From the NCBI GenBank assembly GCA_037389025.1, contig JARRJP010000013.1:54305-118304 (forward strand): a DNA stretch of 64,000 nucleotides. The letters run 5' to 3'. A model generated the notes under the pieces. That model made no database searches. It saw only the letters and a program-made list of their open reading frames with translations, and was not told the origin of the DNA. Source of the DNA: Reinekea sp. (GTDB lineage Bacteria; Pseudomonadota; Gammaproteobacteria; Pseudomonadales; Natronospirillaceae). A program made the position numbers and the translations under genes. Shown piece after piece: positions 1 to 9,565 of the stretch (positions are counted from its first letter, which is position 1; each line of letters begins with the position of its first letter).

Positions 1-532
1 CCTGTTTTAATAACAGGCAATGCACTGACTCAGGCACAATATCCACAATCGTTTTTCCATCGCATTTTTCGGACAACCGTACTTCTACAACATACTGGTT
101 ATGACCGATGGAAATGTACGCATTCACCATTGGGTAATTTAATGCCTGGGCAACTCTGATGCCCATGTCTTCTTCTGGATGAATAATTTGGCTGATGCCG
201 AGCCGCGATAAAATGCGATGATGTTCTGGCGTGACGGCCTTGACTCGAATATCTTCAACACCCTGTGTTTTCAAGTGCAGTGTACACAACAGGCTCGCTT
301 CCAGGTTTTCACCGATAGCGACAACGACGGCGTCGCAGTCTTTCAGGTTTAACTCTTCAAGTGCGGCTTCTGACGTTGCATCAGCAATCACCGCATGAGT
401 CAATTCATCTGCAATCGGGTTAACCAGCTTTGGCTCAATATCAACCCCTATCACCGAATGCCCTAGCCGCATTAACTCCAAACAGACTGACCTGCCAAAA
501 CGACCAAGGCCAATGACGGCAAACTGACTCAT
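1..532 (-). CDS. KtrA/TrkA-family K+ uptake regulatory subunit, 5' part (3' end lies beyond the window start)
   Basis: Not in the ORF track because it is open at the window edge. Manual minus-strand translation from ATG 532-530 gives MSQFAVIGLGRFGRSVCLELMRLGHSVIGVDIEPKLV...IIHPEEDMGIRVAQAL. This is a GxGxxG Rossmann TrkA-N domain followed by the start of TrkA-C. Confidence 0.8.
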   Translation of the reverse strand, partial: MSQFAVIGLGRFGRSVCLELMRLGHSVIGVDIEPKLVNPIADELTHAVIADATSEAALEELNLKDCDAVVVAIGENLEASLLCTLHLKTQGVEDIRVKAVTPEHHRILSRLGISQIIHPEEDMGIRVAQALNYPMVNAYISIGHNQYVVEVRLSEKCDGKTIVDIVPESVHCLLLKQ

Positions 533-666
533 AAAGTTGTGCTCCTGTGTGGCAAACGCAAAACCTGAAGTTTATCGAATTCAGGAAAGTAGATCAGGTA
601 GGGGTGAGTAAGTTGTTCGTTTTTACTTCGTGATTTTTTTGGGGGAGGAGAGGAGCTTTTCTGTCA

Positions 667-827
667 CCTGAATCCGAGACTCCATAGCAGCGCAGTGCGC
701 AAGCCATTGATTCCTGTTTGCTTCCCAAAAATTGGGGTGAACCTATGGGTGCACCTGCAATTTTTGAAAACCAAATAGAAATCAAGCTCTTTCACTCTGC
801 ATCCACTGAAGGAGTCACGGATTCAGG
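667..827 (-). repeat. Family-A MITE-like intergenic repeat (~160 bp), full copy
   Basis: Terminal inverted repeats CCTGAATCCGAGACTCC ... GGAGTCACGGATTCAGG. The interior is near-identical to the copies at 1921, 8735, 11057, 19394, 44266, 45107 and 56709. Confidence 0.9.
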
Positions 828-828
828 C

Positions 829-1797
829 TTACTTCTCCTGTAAAACCGCCCACTGCTCGCGTAAGCCCAGTAACTGTTCGCTCCAATAACGCGCGCTGCC
901 GAACCAGGTAAAGGCTTGTGGAAATGCCGGATCGTGCCAGCGTTTGGCAATCCACAATGTATGACGGATCATATGCGCAGTGCGTAAAGCATCAATTAAG
1001 CTGATTTCCGTGCGTGGAAAATCAGCAAACTGTTCATAACCTTCTTTTAGTTCACTTAATTGCAGCGTCTGTTCGGCATCGCTACCGGATAGCAGTTTCC
1101 AGATATCTTGCATGGCCGGGCCGGTCACGCAGTCATCGAAATCAACCAGCAACAGTGCATCATCGCGTGACAGGATATTACCCGCGTGGAAGTCGCCGTG
1201 AATCCGGAAGCAGTCAGCCTGGTTCAGTTGCTCTTCAAAGGGTTGCAGCAGCTTAGCCAGATGATTCAACGCATCAAGATAGTTGGCTCTCATGTCATCG
1301 GGCAGTAATGGGCTGTTATCAAAAAAGGCCAATGAATCCGTTGCCGCTGAAGCCAATGACAGGCGCTTACGGTGTTGAAAGGCATTCACTTTTCCAACGC
1401 TGTGCATCCGACCGAGCAGTTGGCCGATGCGGTACAGTTTGTCCGGGTCATCCAGTTCAAAGGCGTGCCCGGCACGCATCGGAAAGCAGGTAAGCAAAAA
1501 GCCGTCCCGTTCATGGACTATATCGCCCTGAATGCTCAACGCTGGCACAACAGGGATTTCCTGATCATACAGTTCCTGAGTGAAAATCAACTCTTCTCGA
1601 ACCTGTGCTTCGTTCCAGCGATCCGGGCGGTAGATTTTCATGACAATGGGCGTACTGTCTTCAATGCCAATACGATAGACGCGGTTTTCGTAGCTGTTCA
1701 GTGGATAGATGCGGTAATCAGACTCGATGTCGAGTGACTCCAGCCAGTCAATGATGCGATCCTGAGTCAGGGTTTGATAGGGAGGCGTAGGGCTCAT
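829..1797 (-). CDS. srkA: Stress-response serine/threonine kinase SrkA (YihE/RdoA family)
   Basis: 322-aa ORF. LNSYENRVYRIGIEDSTPIVMKIYRPDRW and HGDFHAGNIL...LVDFDD match the YihE/SrkA aminoglycoside-phosphotransferase-fold kinase. Confidence 0.85.
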   Translation of the reverse strand: MSPTPPYQTLTQDRIIDWLESLDIESDYRIYPLNSYENRVYRIGIEDSTPIVMKIYRPDRWNEAQVREELIFTQELYDQEIPVVPALSIQGDIVHERDGFLLTCFPMRAGHAFELDDPDKLYRIGQLLGRMHSVGKVNAFQHRKRLSLASAATDSLAFFDNSPLLPDDMRANYLDALNHLAKLLQPFEEQLNQADCFRIHGDFHAGNILSRDDALLLVDFDDCVTGPAMQDIWKLLSGSDAEQTLQLSELKEGYEQFADFPRTEISLIDALRTAHMIRHTLWIAKRWHDPAFPQAFTWFGSARYWSEQLLGLREQWAVLQEK

Positions 1798-1920
1798 AAG
1801 GGTGTCATCCGCATTTTATTGACCGTGAGTATAACAGTCTTGTTCTTTTATTGAGAGTGACTCTCAAGATGCTATTGCTGCAGTTCTATTGTGTCGAAAA
1901 GATTGTGGCGAAAAGATTAA

Positions 1921-2079
1921 CCTGAATCCGTGACTTCCAAGTGGATGGAGGGGTAAGAGCTTGATTTCTATTTGTTTTTCAAAAATTGCAGGTGCACCCG
2001 TAGGTTCACCCCAATTTTGGGGAAGCAAAGAGGAATCAATGGCTTGCGCACTGCGCCGCTATGGAGTCACGGATTCAGG
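1921..2079 (+). repeat. Family-A MITE-like repeat, full copy (inverted relative to the 667 copy)
   Basis: CCTGAATCCGTGACTTCC...GGAGTCACGGATTCAGG. Flanks are ATTAA / GTTAA. Confidence 0.9.
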
Positions 2080-2105
2080 GTTAATAAAGAACTTTGCCAT
2101 GTGAA

Positions 2106-2786
2106 TTATTTCAACGGTGTTCGTGCCAATGCCCAGACAGAAACAAATTTGCAACCATTGCGTTTTAATAATCGGGTGATGATATTTGCCGTAGCCCCCG
2201 TTGTAAGAACATCATCAATAATGGCAATCCGCTTTGGTGGCGTCGCGGTTAATTCAAATGCATTTTTCAATTCGTGTTGCCGCTCTTTGCGAGATAAGCC
2301 TTCCAGTGCTTGGGTCTGCTGGGTTCGTTTTAGCTGTTGGAATAATGGAATTTTCAACTCAGCCGCAATGTATTTAGCCAGAACAGTTGCCTGGTTATAA
2401 CCTCGTTCGGCTTGCTTACGGCGATGCATCGGAACTGCCAGCAAAGCATCAACAGGTTTGCGCAGAGTCTCCGAAATTGCCAGCCATTCGCGAACCAACG
2501 CTCGTCCGCTGGATTTGTCATGTTGATATTTAAACTGATGAATCAAAAAGCGGGCCAGGCCATCAAAGGTCCATGGTGCAATTACCTGATTCCAATCCGG
2601 CGGTTGTTTCAGGCAGTTTCCGCAAAGCTCGCCTGACTCGATCGGCACCGCACAGGCCTGGCAGGCAAGCTCAATTCGGGTCAGAAAACCACGACATACC
2701 GGGCAAAGGCCATCTGAAGGCTGCAAACAGGCAGGACAATGATTGCTAATCGAGTGTAGCCATTGCATTGATCGAAAAATAACCAT
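2106..2786 (-). CDS. comF: ComF-family phosphoribosyltransferase-like competence protein
   Basis: N-terminal Cys-rich CPAC...CPVC...CQAC...CGNC zinc-finger region. C-terminal PRTase motif IAIIDDVLTTGAT. Divergent from bioB, as in Pseudomonas-type loci. Confidence 0.8.
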   Translation of the reverse strand: MVIFRSMQWLHSISNHCPACLQPSDGLCPVCRGFLTRIELACQACAVPIESGELCGNCLKQPPDWNQVIAPWTFDGLARFLIHQFKYQHDKSSGRALVREWLAISETLRKPVDALLAVPMHRRKQAERGYNQATVLAKYIAAELKIPLFQQLKRTQQTQALEGLSRKERQHELKNAFELTATPPKRIAIIDDVLTTGATANIITRLLKRNGCKFVSVWALARTPLK

Positions 2787-2869
2787 TAGTTAAGTTTATA
2801 TTGCTTAGTAAATTGACAAGCCCTGATTCAGCGGTACTATCGCCTGCAATATATTGACAGGGTATCGAC

Positions 2870-3922
2870 ATGTCTGCCGCTACAGAACCGACCTTACGCT
2901 ATGACTGGACCGCTGAAGAAGTGGTCAAACTGTTTGAACTGCCGTTTAACGACTTGCTGTTTCAGGCAGCGTCAGTTCATCGCGCACATTTCAACCCCAA
3001 CGAAGTACAGGTTAGTACACTGTTGTCGATCAAAACCGGGGCCTGCCCTGAGGATTGCAAATATTGTCCGCAATCGGCGCATTACAATACCGGCCTGGAG
3101 AAAGAAAAACTGATCGAAGTGGAAAAGGTTATCGAGCAGGCCAAGGCTGCCAAGGCTGCTGGCGCTTCTCGTTTTTGCATGGGGGCCGCCTATCGTTCAC
3201 CAGCCAGAAAAGATTTTCCCTATATTCTGGAAATGGTGAAGAGCGTTAAGGATCTTGGCCTGGAAACCTGTATGACGCTGGGCATGCTTGAAAGTGAGCA
3301 AGCAGGAGCACTGGCCGAGGCCGGGCTTGATTACTATAACCATAACCTCGACACCTCACCGGAATACTATGGTGAGATTATCACTACCCGTACCTATGCG
3401 GATCGGCTGGAGACTCTGCAAAACGTCCGTGATGCCGGGATGAAAATCTGTTCCGGCGGTATTCTGGGCATGGGTGAGGGGGTTGATGACCGTGCCGGTC
3501 TGTTTATTCAACTGGCAAACATGAATCCACATCCCGAGAGTGTTCCAGTCAACATGTTGGTGCGGGTTGAAGGGACACCCTTTGCCGAGAATGAAGACCT
3601 TGACCCGATTGAATTTATACGTGCGATTGCTGTTGCCCGCATTATGATGCCGACCTCGCATGTACGCTTGAGTGCTGGCCGTGAAGTCATGAGCGAAGAA
3701 ACTCAGGCGATGGCTTTTTTTGCCGGGGCCAATTCTATTTTTTACGGCGAAAAATTGCTGACCACGGCCAATCCGGAAGCGAACCGCGACAAGACTTTGT
3801 TCAAAAAACTGGGCATCGAGCCTGAAAATCGCAGTTTTGACAGTGGCGAACCGGCACCGGCATTTGATCCGTCGACTTGTCCAAAGCGTAACAACGAAAA
3901 ATTTTACGACGCCAGTCTCTGA
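2870..3922 (+). CDS. bioB: Biotin synthase
   Basis: Radical-SAM [11 protein letters not shown] motif with 350-aa full-length BioB-like sequence. It is the first gene of a bioBFHCD operon. Confidence 0.95.
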   Translation: MSAATEPTLRYDWTAEEVVKLFELPFNDLLFQAASVHRAHFNPNEVQVSTLLSIKTGACPEDCKYCPQSAHYNTGLEKEKLIEVEKVIEQAKAAKAAGASRFCMGAAYRSPARKDFPYILEMVKSVKDLGLETCMTLGMLESEQAGALAEAGLDYYNHNLDTSPEYYGEIITTRTYADRLETLQNVRDAGMKICSGGILGMGEGVDDRAGLFIQLANMNPHPESVPVNMLVRVEGTPFAENEDLDPIEFIRAIAVARIMMPTSHVRLSAGREVMSEETQAMAFFAGANSIFYGEKLLTTANPEANRDKTLFKKLGIEPENRSFDSGEPAPAFDPSTCPKRNNEKFYDASL

Positions 3923-3969
3923 GCGTCGCATCCGGAGGGCCGTCAGCGAGAGTTGACGGTCGCAAAACA

Positions 3970-5124
3970 TTGAAACATTTCTCTGATATTCCTGATTTGT
4001 TGGCAGAGCGTGAAGCCTCGCATCTGTTACGTCGTCGTGTTGAGTTACAGTCGGCTCAGTCCGTTACACCGGTTATTGATGGCAAGTTGTATCTGTCGTT
4101 TTGCAGTAACGACTATTTAGGCCTGGCGAACCATCCTGTCATCGCTGAACGAATGAAAGCGGCGATTGATGACTATGGTGTCGGAGCCGGTGCGTCACAT
4201 CTGATTGATGGTCATCACGCTGAGCATGAACAACTGGAGCGCGAGCTGGCTACCTTTTGCAAGCGCGAAGCTGCATTGGTATTCAGTACCGGTTATATGG
4301 CGAACCTGGGGGTTATGTCTGCCTTGATGGCGCGTCAGGACAGCATAGTGCAGGACCGACTGAACCACGCCTCTTTGATTGACGGCGCGCTGCTTGCTCA
4401 GTCAAATCTATTGCGATACCGACATAACGATATGGCGCATCTGCAACAGATGCTGGAGAGCACCAGTGGCAAAAAACTGATCGTGACCGATGGTGTTTTT
4501 TCAATGGACGGTGATTGTGCACCGCTGACGGAAATTGCCGATATCGCCCGGCAGCACAATGCCTGGCTGATGGTTGATGATGCACACGGCTTTGGTGTTC
4601 TTGGCCCGCAGGGTTCCGGCTTGGTTGGTCAGCTTGGTCTTGATAGCCAGCAGGTGCCATTGGTCGTCGGTACGCTGGGCAAGGCGTTTGGAACCTCCGG
4701 TGCCTTTGTCGCCGGTGATCAGACGACGATTGATTATCTGCTGCAATTTGCCCGCACTTATATGTATACAACAGCGAGCCCGCCGTCAGTGGCCGCCGCG
4801 ACACGCCAGGCGTTGCAACTGGTCAGACAGGCTGATGATCGCCGTGCTCACCTGACACAGCGGATTGCTCAGCTCAGAAACGGCATACAGGCGATGGGGT
4901 TCAGCCTGATGTCATCTGAAACCCCGATCCAGCCTGTTGTCGTGGGTGCCAATGCGGACGCTTTGCGTTTATCCGCCGTATTGCGTGAACGAGATATTAT
5001 GGTTACTGCCATTCGCCCACCAACGGTGCCGGAAGGTACGGCTCGGTTACGTATCACTCTCAGCGCCAGTCATACCGCCGAACAGGTTAATAGCCTGTTG
5101 AATGCTTTGGATGATGTCCGATGA
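3970..5124 (+). CDS. bioF: 8-amino-7-oxononanoate synthase
   Basis: 384-aa PLP enzyme with SNDYLGL, DDAHGFGVLG and GTLGKAFG (PLP lysine). TTG start in the ORF track. Confidence 0.9.
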   Translation: MKHFSDIPDLLAEREASHLLRRRVELQSAQSVTPVIDGKLYLSFCSNDYLGLANHPVIAERMKAAIDDYGVGAGASHLIDGHHAEHEQLERELATFCKREAALVFSTGYMANLGVMSALMARQDSIVQDRLNHASLIDGALLAQSNLLRYRHNDMAHLQQMLESTSGKKLIVTDGVFSMDGDCAPLTEIADIARQHNAWLMVDDAHGFGVLGPQGSGLVGQLGLDSQQVPLVVGTLGKAFGTSGAFVAGDQTTIDYLLQFARTYMYTTASPPSVAAATRQALQLVRQADDRRAHLTQRIAQLRNGIQAMGFSLMSSETPIQPVVVGANADALRLSAVLRERDIMVTAIRPPTVPEGTARLRITLSASHTAEQVNSLLNALDDVR

Positions 5125-5756
5125 ATATAGTCTGGATTCCCGGTTGGCAGTTTTCCGCCCAGGCCTTTCAACCGCTTTGGCGACATGCTGAGGTGACTGA
5201 ACCGAATGTGCTCGACTATGCCGCTATGGACTTAACGCTGTCGCAATGGCTCGACAAGCAGGTGCAGCATCTGGATCAGGATACCGTGCTGGTGGGCTGG
5301 TCTTTAGGCGGAATGCTTGCCTGTGAACTAGCCAAACGGTCGTCAAAAGTCCAAAAGGTTCTGGCGATTTGTGCCAATACCCGCTTTGCCGGTGGGCCGG
5401 GATTAGCCAATATCGTGGCCGACAGTTTTATGAGTCGCTATCAGCGTAATCCCGCCATTACCCGCAAAAAATTCGCGGCATTGGTGGATCGCCAACAAGT
5501 CAGCGAGATTGAAAACAGTCTGCTGGATGGCAATCATCTGAATACCCTTGAGTGGCTTTATGAGCTGAATATTACTGAGGAATTAGCCTGTCCGATTCAC
5601 GTTCTGCTTGCCGAGCAGGATCAGCTAGTGCCAGTAACCAGCGCGCAACAAGCCTGGCAACCGCTGGCTCAGACAGTCACTATACTCTCTGGTGAGCACA
5701 GTTTGCCGATTACCTCAGCAGCGGCGGTCGCCCAATGGGTGGGGCTGCATGGATAA
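5121..5756 (+). CDS. bioH: Pimeloyl-ACP methyl ester esterase, BioH-like alpha/beta hydrolase (short form)
   Basis: Nucleophile elbow GWSLGG. Sits between bioF and bioC with overlapping stop and start codons. Confidence 0.7.
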   Translation: MNIVWIPGWQFSAQAFQPLWRHAEVTEPNVLDYAAMDLTLSQWLDKQVQHLDQDTVLVGWSLGGMLACELAKRSSKVQKVLAICANTRFAGGPGLANIVADSFMSRYQRNPAITRKKFAALVDRQQVSEIENSLLDGNHLNTLEWLYELNITEELACPIHVLLAEQDQLVPVTSAQQAWQPLAQTVTILSGEHSLPITSAAAVAQWVGLHG

Positions 5757-6519
5757 ACAGGCTGTTGCCCGCCAATTCAGCAGCGCAGCACAGCAGTACG
5801 ATGCAGCGGCGCATCTGCAGCGCAAAATTGCGGATCGGTTATTGGCGCTGGTCAAGAATATTCAATTACCGGTCAGCGCAAAGATTGCGGATCTGGGCAC
5901 CGGAACCGGTTATTGTCTGCCAATGCTACAGCAGCAATTTAATCCTGCACGGCTATATGCACTGGATTTTTCCGATGCCATGCTGGATGTCGCACGTGCG
6001 CGCCAGCCAAACATTGAATGCATTCACGCCGATCTGGAAACGGCGCCATTTGAGCGCCAATCGCTTGATCTGGTGGTATCCAGCCTGGCCGTGCAATGGC
6101 TTGATAAGCCAGAGCCTTTTATCGCCAATATCACCAAAGCCTTAAAACCGGGCGGTGTGCTCGCATTGACAACGCTTGGGCCGAAAACGCTGTGGGAATT
6201 GAAGCTGGCCTGGGCGCAGGTGGATACCTATCGGCATGTCAATGACTTTCATGATGCTGTGGACTGGATTGAGGCTGTCTGGGAGTCGGAGTTGACACTT
6301 GAGTTATGGCGTGAAGAGCGTGTCGAAGTGCGCTATGACTCACCATTGGAACTGTTACGCGAATTGAAAGCGCTGGGGGCTAATCATGTTGATCGCGATC
6401 ATTCACCGCGAAGCAGTCATCTACGGCAGATGTTGCGTCAATATGATGGGTTTAAGCGCAGTGACGGGCGCTATCCGGCAACCTGGGATGCCTGTTATTT
6501 GATTGCGAGGAAGCGATGA
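5749..6519 (+). CDS. bioC: Malonyl-ACP O-methyltransferase
   Basis: SAM motif DLGTGTGY. I prefer the in-frame ATG at 5749, which overlaps the bioH stop, over the ORF-track start at 5692. Confidence 0.85.
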   Translation: MDKQAVARQFSSAAQQYDAAAHLQRKIADRLLALVKNIQLPVSAKIADLGTGTGYCLPMLQQQFNPARLYALDFSDAMLDVARARQPNIECIHADLETAPFERQSLDLVVSSLAVQWLDKPEPFIANITKALKPGGVLALTTLGPKTLWELKLAWAQVDTYRHVNDFHDAVDWIEAVWESELTLELWREERVEVRYDSPLELLRELKALGANHVDRDHSPRSSHLRQMLRQYDGFKRSDGRYPATWDACYLIARKR

Positions 6520-7211
6520 GAAAGCGATTTTTTATTACCGGCACCGATACTGAGATTGGCAAAACCACCGTCAGCGAAGCCCTGCTGCGCTCGGCCCAGG
6601 CGCATGGCTTATCAACCCTGGGCCTGAAGCCGTTGGCGGCCGGTGCTGACGATATTGATGGGCAGTGGCGTAACGGCGATGCCCTGACTCTTCAGGCGGC
6701 CTCCTCAGTGAAGGTTCCCTATGAAACGATCAATCCTGTTTTGCTTAAAGCGCCCATGGCACCTCATATCGCGGCTGAACGCGAGCAGCGTCGTGTCACG
6801 GTACAGTCATTAGCCGGTTTTTGTCGCGGTGCCTTTATGTCAAACCCGGTTGATTTCACCCTGGTCGAAGGCGCTGGTGGCTGGGTAGTCCCGGTCAACT
6901 CACGCGAAACCCTGGCAGATCTGGCCCGGGAACTCCAGCTTGAGGTTATTCTGGTCGTGGGTATGAAACTGGGCTGTCTGAATCATGCTTTACTGACTGC
7001 ACGAGCGATTCAGGCCGATGGTGTGAAACTGGCAGGCTGGGTTGCCAATCAATTATCCGCTGACATGAATGGTTTTAATGAAAACCTGCAAACTCTGCAA
7101 CGACTGATGCCTGCCCCAATGATTGGTCTTCTGCCTTTTATGAACAGCGATCAAGCGATAGCGGCCCAGTGGGCTGAGGCTATTCTTTTTGGGTCTGATC
7201 CCGTCAAATAA
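6516..7211 (+). CDS. bioD: Dethiobiotin synthetase
   Basis: P-loop GTDTEIGKT. 231 aa. ATGA overlap with bioC. Confidence 0.9.
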   Translation: MRKRFFITGTDTEIGKTTVSEALLRSAQAHGLSTLGLKPLAAGADDIDGQWRNGDALTLQAASSVKVPYETINPVLLKAPMAPHIAAEREQRRVTVQSLAGFCRGAFMSNPVDFTLVEGAGGWVVPVNSRETLADLARELQLEVILVVGMKLGCLNHALLTARAIQADGVKLAGWVANQLSADMNGFNENLQTLQRLMPAPMIGLLPFMNSDQAIAAQWAEAILFGSDPVK

Positions 7212-7502
7212 AGCGAAAGTAGTGTATTTTAAATGCGTTTTCGGGAAAAAGTTTCTCGAAACGCATTGTCATGAGTCCTTATTGCTTTCGACCTGATAAA
7301 AAGTTAGTAAGAACACCCCAGGGTTGAGTATTGCGAACTGACGCCACAATGACGGCCTGCCGGTCAAGATATTGGCAGGCTTTACTTTTGGCTAAATGAA
7401 AAAATAAAAAATTACACTTTTGATTGACTCATTGGTTAAAATATAGACAGGGCGTATTGCGTCGAGTGACTGGAAACGTCATTTGCTCAGGAGAGTTTGT
7501 TT

Positions 7503-7739
7503 ATGATCAGTTCTGCATTCAGTATTGGTGTTCAAGGGGTTCGCAATGGTTATGAGCAGTTGAACCGTAGTGCTGATCAGATTGCCAAAGCAAATCTCCC
7601 CCCGGAAGAAGGTGGTTCTGAGGAGCTGTATACGGCGGTGACTGAGCAGATCAGTGGCAAGCATCAAGTGCAAGCCAGTGCCAAAGTAATACAGGCCGCC
7701 AGTGATGCGCTGGGAAGTATTATCGATATTAAAGTTTGA
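7503..7739 (+). CDS. Small YjfB-like 'putative motility' family protein
   Basis: AGGAGAG Shine-Dalgarno 7 nt upstream of ATG 7503. The C-terminal ...ASAKVIQAASDALGSIIDIKV resembles the YjfB-family ending (lG..iDi.a). Confidence 0.45.
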   Translation: MISSAFSIGVQGVRNGYEQLNRSADQIAKANLPPEEGGSEELYTAVTEQISGKHQVQASAKVIQAASDALGSIIDIKV

Positions 7740-7756
7740 ATGGTGGATAGAAGTTT

Positions 7757-8728
7757 ATGTCAACGGTCAGTGGTGTTTTCCCAAATGCAATTACACCATC
7801 TTTTGCCCCGACATCTGACCCTGCGGAGCAGGCTCGCCTGCGCCGTCAGAATGAATCTGCTGTTTTCTCACCTGTAGAAGAAATTGACCAAAACTCAGAA
7901 ACCCGCCCTGCCAATATTGAGCAACCAGGTCGACTTGAAGCTGAATCGGCCACCAATGTTCGTCCCCAGTTCCACGCGCCGGAACAATCAGAGCCAGAAG
8001 TGACAGAAACGGCTCAGGCTGAAAAAGCAAGTCAACCAGACTCAATCATCGAGCGCGCAACGCAGCGTGATCCCGAGTCGACCCAGCGTGCAGAGCAGCA
8101 ACCTCAGGCTGGCCGAGAGGATCAAACCAGGCAAGAGAGCGCCGACCTGCAGGGGGAGATCGAACTGATCCGTGAGTTGGCCAGCCGTGATCGTGAAGTT
8201 AGGGCTCATGAACAGGCTCATCAGGCATCGGGCGGCGAGTATGCAGGCGCAGCCGTATTTAGTTACCGTCGGGGGCCTGATGGCAAGCAATATGCTGTCG
8301 GCGGTGAAGTCTCAATTGATATCTCCCGTGAGTCCAGTCCTGCCGATACCATTGATAAGGCAGAGCGGGTTCGCCGTGCCGCTCTGGCGCCTGCAGAGCC
8401 TTCGGCTCAGGATCGGCGTGTCGCCGCATTAGCGTCTCAGTTGGTATTGGAAGCGCAGGCAGCACTTCGTACCGAAGAGCGCCAGAAGACCGAAAAAACT
8501 GAAGAAGAGAGCGCTGAACAAGACGAATTACAGGTCGAAGAAAAAGCCAAGGTTGCCAAGAGTGATGAAGAGGAATCCGCCAAGGATGAAGAAGCATCAG
8601 GGGATAGCGAAGAAAGGCTTGATGAGATTCTGACTCGTACCGCTGAAACAGTGGCTGCTGCTCTGAACGCGGCTTATCAAACACAATCGGCTAAAGATGT
8701 TGGTTTTAATCTTGATACCACTGTTTGA
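7757..8728 (+). CDS. SprA-related / putative metalloprotease (CJM1_0395-type) family protein with an acidic C-terminus
   Basis: Core RDREVRAHEQAHQASGGEYAGAAVFSYRRGPDGKQYAVGGEVSIDIS is typical of the SprA-related family. Long E/Q/A-rich tails. Confidence 0.6.
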   Translation: MSTVSGVFPNAITPSFAPTSDPAEQARLRRQNESAVFSPVEEIDQNSETRPANIEQPGRLEAESATNVRPQFHAPEQSEPEVTETAQAEKASQPDSIIERATQRDPESTQRAEQQPQAGREDQTRQESADLQGEIELIRELASRDREVRAHEQAHQASGGEYAGAAVFSYRRGPDGKQYAVGGEVSIDISRESSPADTIDKAERVRRAALAPAEPSAQDRRVAALASQLVLEAQAALRTEERQKTEKTEEESAEQDELQVEEKAKVAKSDEEESAKDEEASGDSEERLDEILTRTAETVAAALNAAYQTQSAKDVGFNLDTTV

Positions 8729-8734
8729 TTTCAT

Positions 8735-8886
8735 CCTGAATCCGTGACTCCATAGCGGCGCAGTGCGCAAGCCATTGATTCCTATTTGCTTCCCAAAGAA
8801 CCTATGGGTGCACCTGCAATTTTTGAAAAACAAATAGAAATCAAGCTCTTACACTCTGCATCCACTGAAGAAGTCACGGATTCAGG
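8735..8886 (-). repeat. Family-A MITE-like repeat, full copy (short internal deletion)
   Basis: Perfect 5-bp direct repeat TTCAT abuts both TIRs. Confidence 0.9.
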
Positions 8887-8887
8887 T

Positions 8888-9565
8888 TCATGTTAATGGC
8901 TCGAAGCGGTAACCGGCACCATAAACGGAGTGAATAAAATCATGAGCTGGATTTAGCTGCTGCAGTTTCTTGCGAAGCTTCTTGATATGGGAGTCAATGG
9001 TTCTGTCCGAAACAATACGCTGGTCCTCATAAATCCGGTCGATAATCTGATCACGTGAAAAAATCTGTCTTGGATGGTCCATCAACAGCCGTAGCAGATT
9101 GACTTCCACGATCGTCAACTCGACCGTCTGTTGCCCCAGTTTTACCTGAGTGGAATCTTTCAATAATTTCAGCTCGCGATGAGCATTGTTTGATTGACTG
9201 AAATAGGCTTGGCGCCGTAGTAGTGTTTTTACTCTGGCCACCAGTTCTCGAAGGCTGAATGGCTTACATAAATAATCATCCGCACCCAGTTCCAGCCCGA
9301 TCAGACGATCAACTTCCTCAACCTTGGCCGTCGTCATGATGACGGGCACCATGCTGCTTTGGCGCAGTGTTCTGCAGATATCCAAACCGTCGCGCCCGGG
9401 CAGCATCAAATCCAGAATGACCAGATCGGTTTGATGAATTTCCAGCCACTCCATAGCTTCCTGGCCGTGATGGATAAGCGTTACCTCATGACCGGCAGCA
9501 ACCAGGTAATCACGTTCCAATTCAGCCAGGTGTCGTTCGTCTTCAACAATTAAAATATGACTCAT
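8888..9565 (-). CDS. OmpR/PhoB-family response regulator
   Basis: REC domain (ILIVEDE...DLVILDLMLPG) plus a winged-helix trans_reg_C domain (...IHSVYGAGYRFE). Confidence 0.9.
   Translation of the reverse strand: MSHILIVEDERHLAELERDYLVAAGHEVTLIHHGQEAMEWLEIHQTDLVILDLMLPGRDGLDICRTLRQSSMVPVIMTTAKVEEVDRLIGLELGADDYLCKPFSLRELVARVKTLLRRQAYFSQSNNAHRELKLLKDSTQVKLGQQTVELTIVEVNLLRLLMDHPRQIFSRDQIIDRIYEDQRIVSDRTIDSHIKKLRKKLQQLNPAHDFIHSVYGAGYRFEPLT

Noticed and set aside
594-785. 63-aa ORF (MISIWFSKIAGAPIGSPQFLGSK...). Similar ORFs lie at 1972-2400 (N-terminal part), 8597-8833, 10953-11165 and 19209-19502.
   Set aside because: All are read-throughs of the family-A repeat on one strand or the other. The 'protein' similarity between them is just repeat DNA identity. 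They have no RBS and variable stops.
4313-4804. Long antisense or alternate-frame ORFs inside bioF, with similar cases at 3356-3970, 1372-1737, 16310-16810, 60934-61470 and 53951-54355
   Set aside because: They lie opposite to, or out of frame with, confidently identified genes. Their Arg/Ser/Pro-rich low-complexity composition is typical of shadow ORFs.
7212-7290. Imperfect hairpin AATGCGTTTTCG...CGAAACGCATT after bioD as a terminator
   Set aside because: The stem has a bulge, the loop is 13 nt and there is no T-tract. The evidence is too weak for a feature call.
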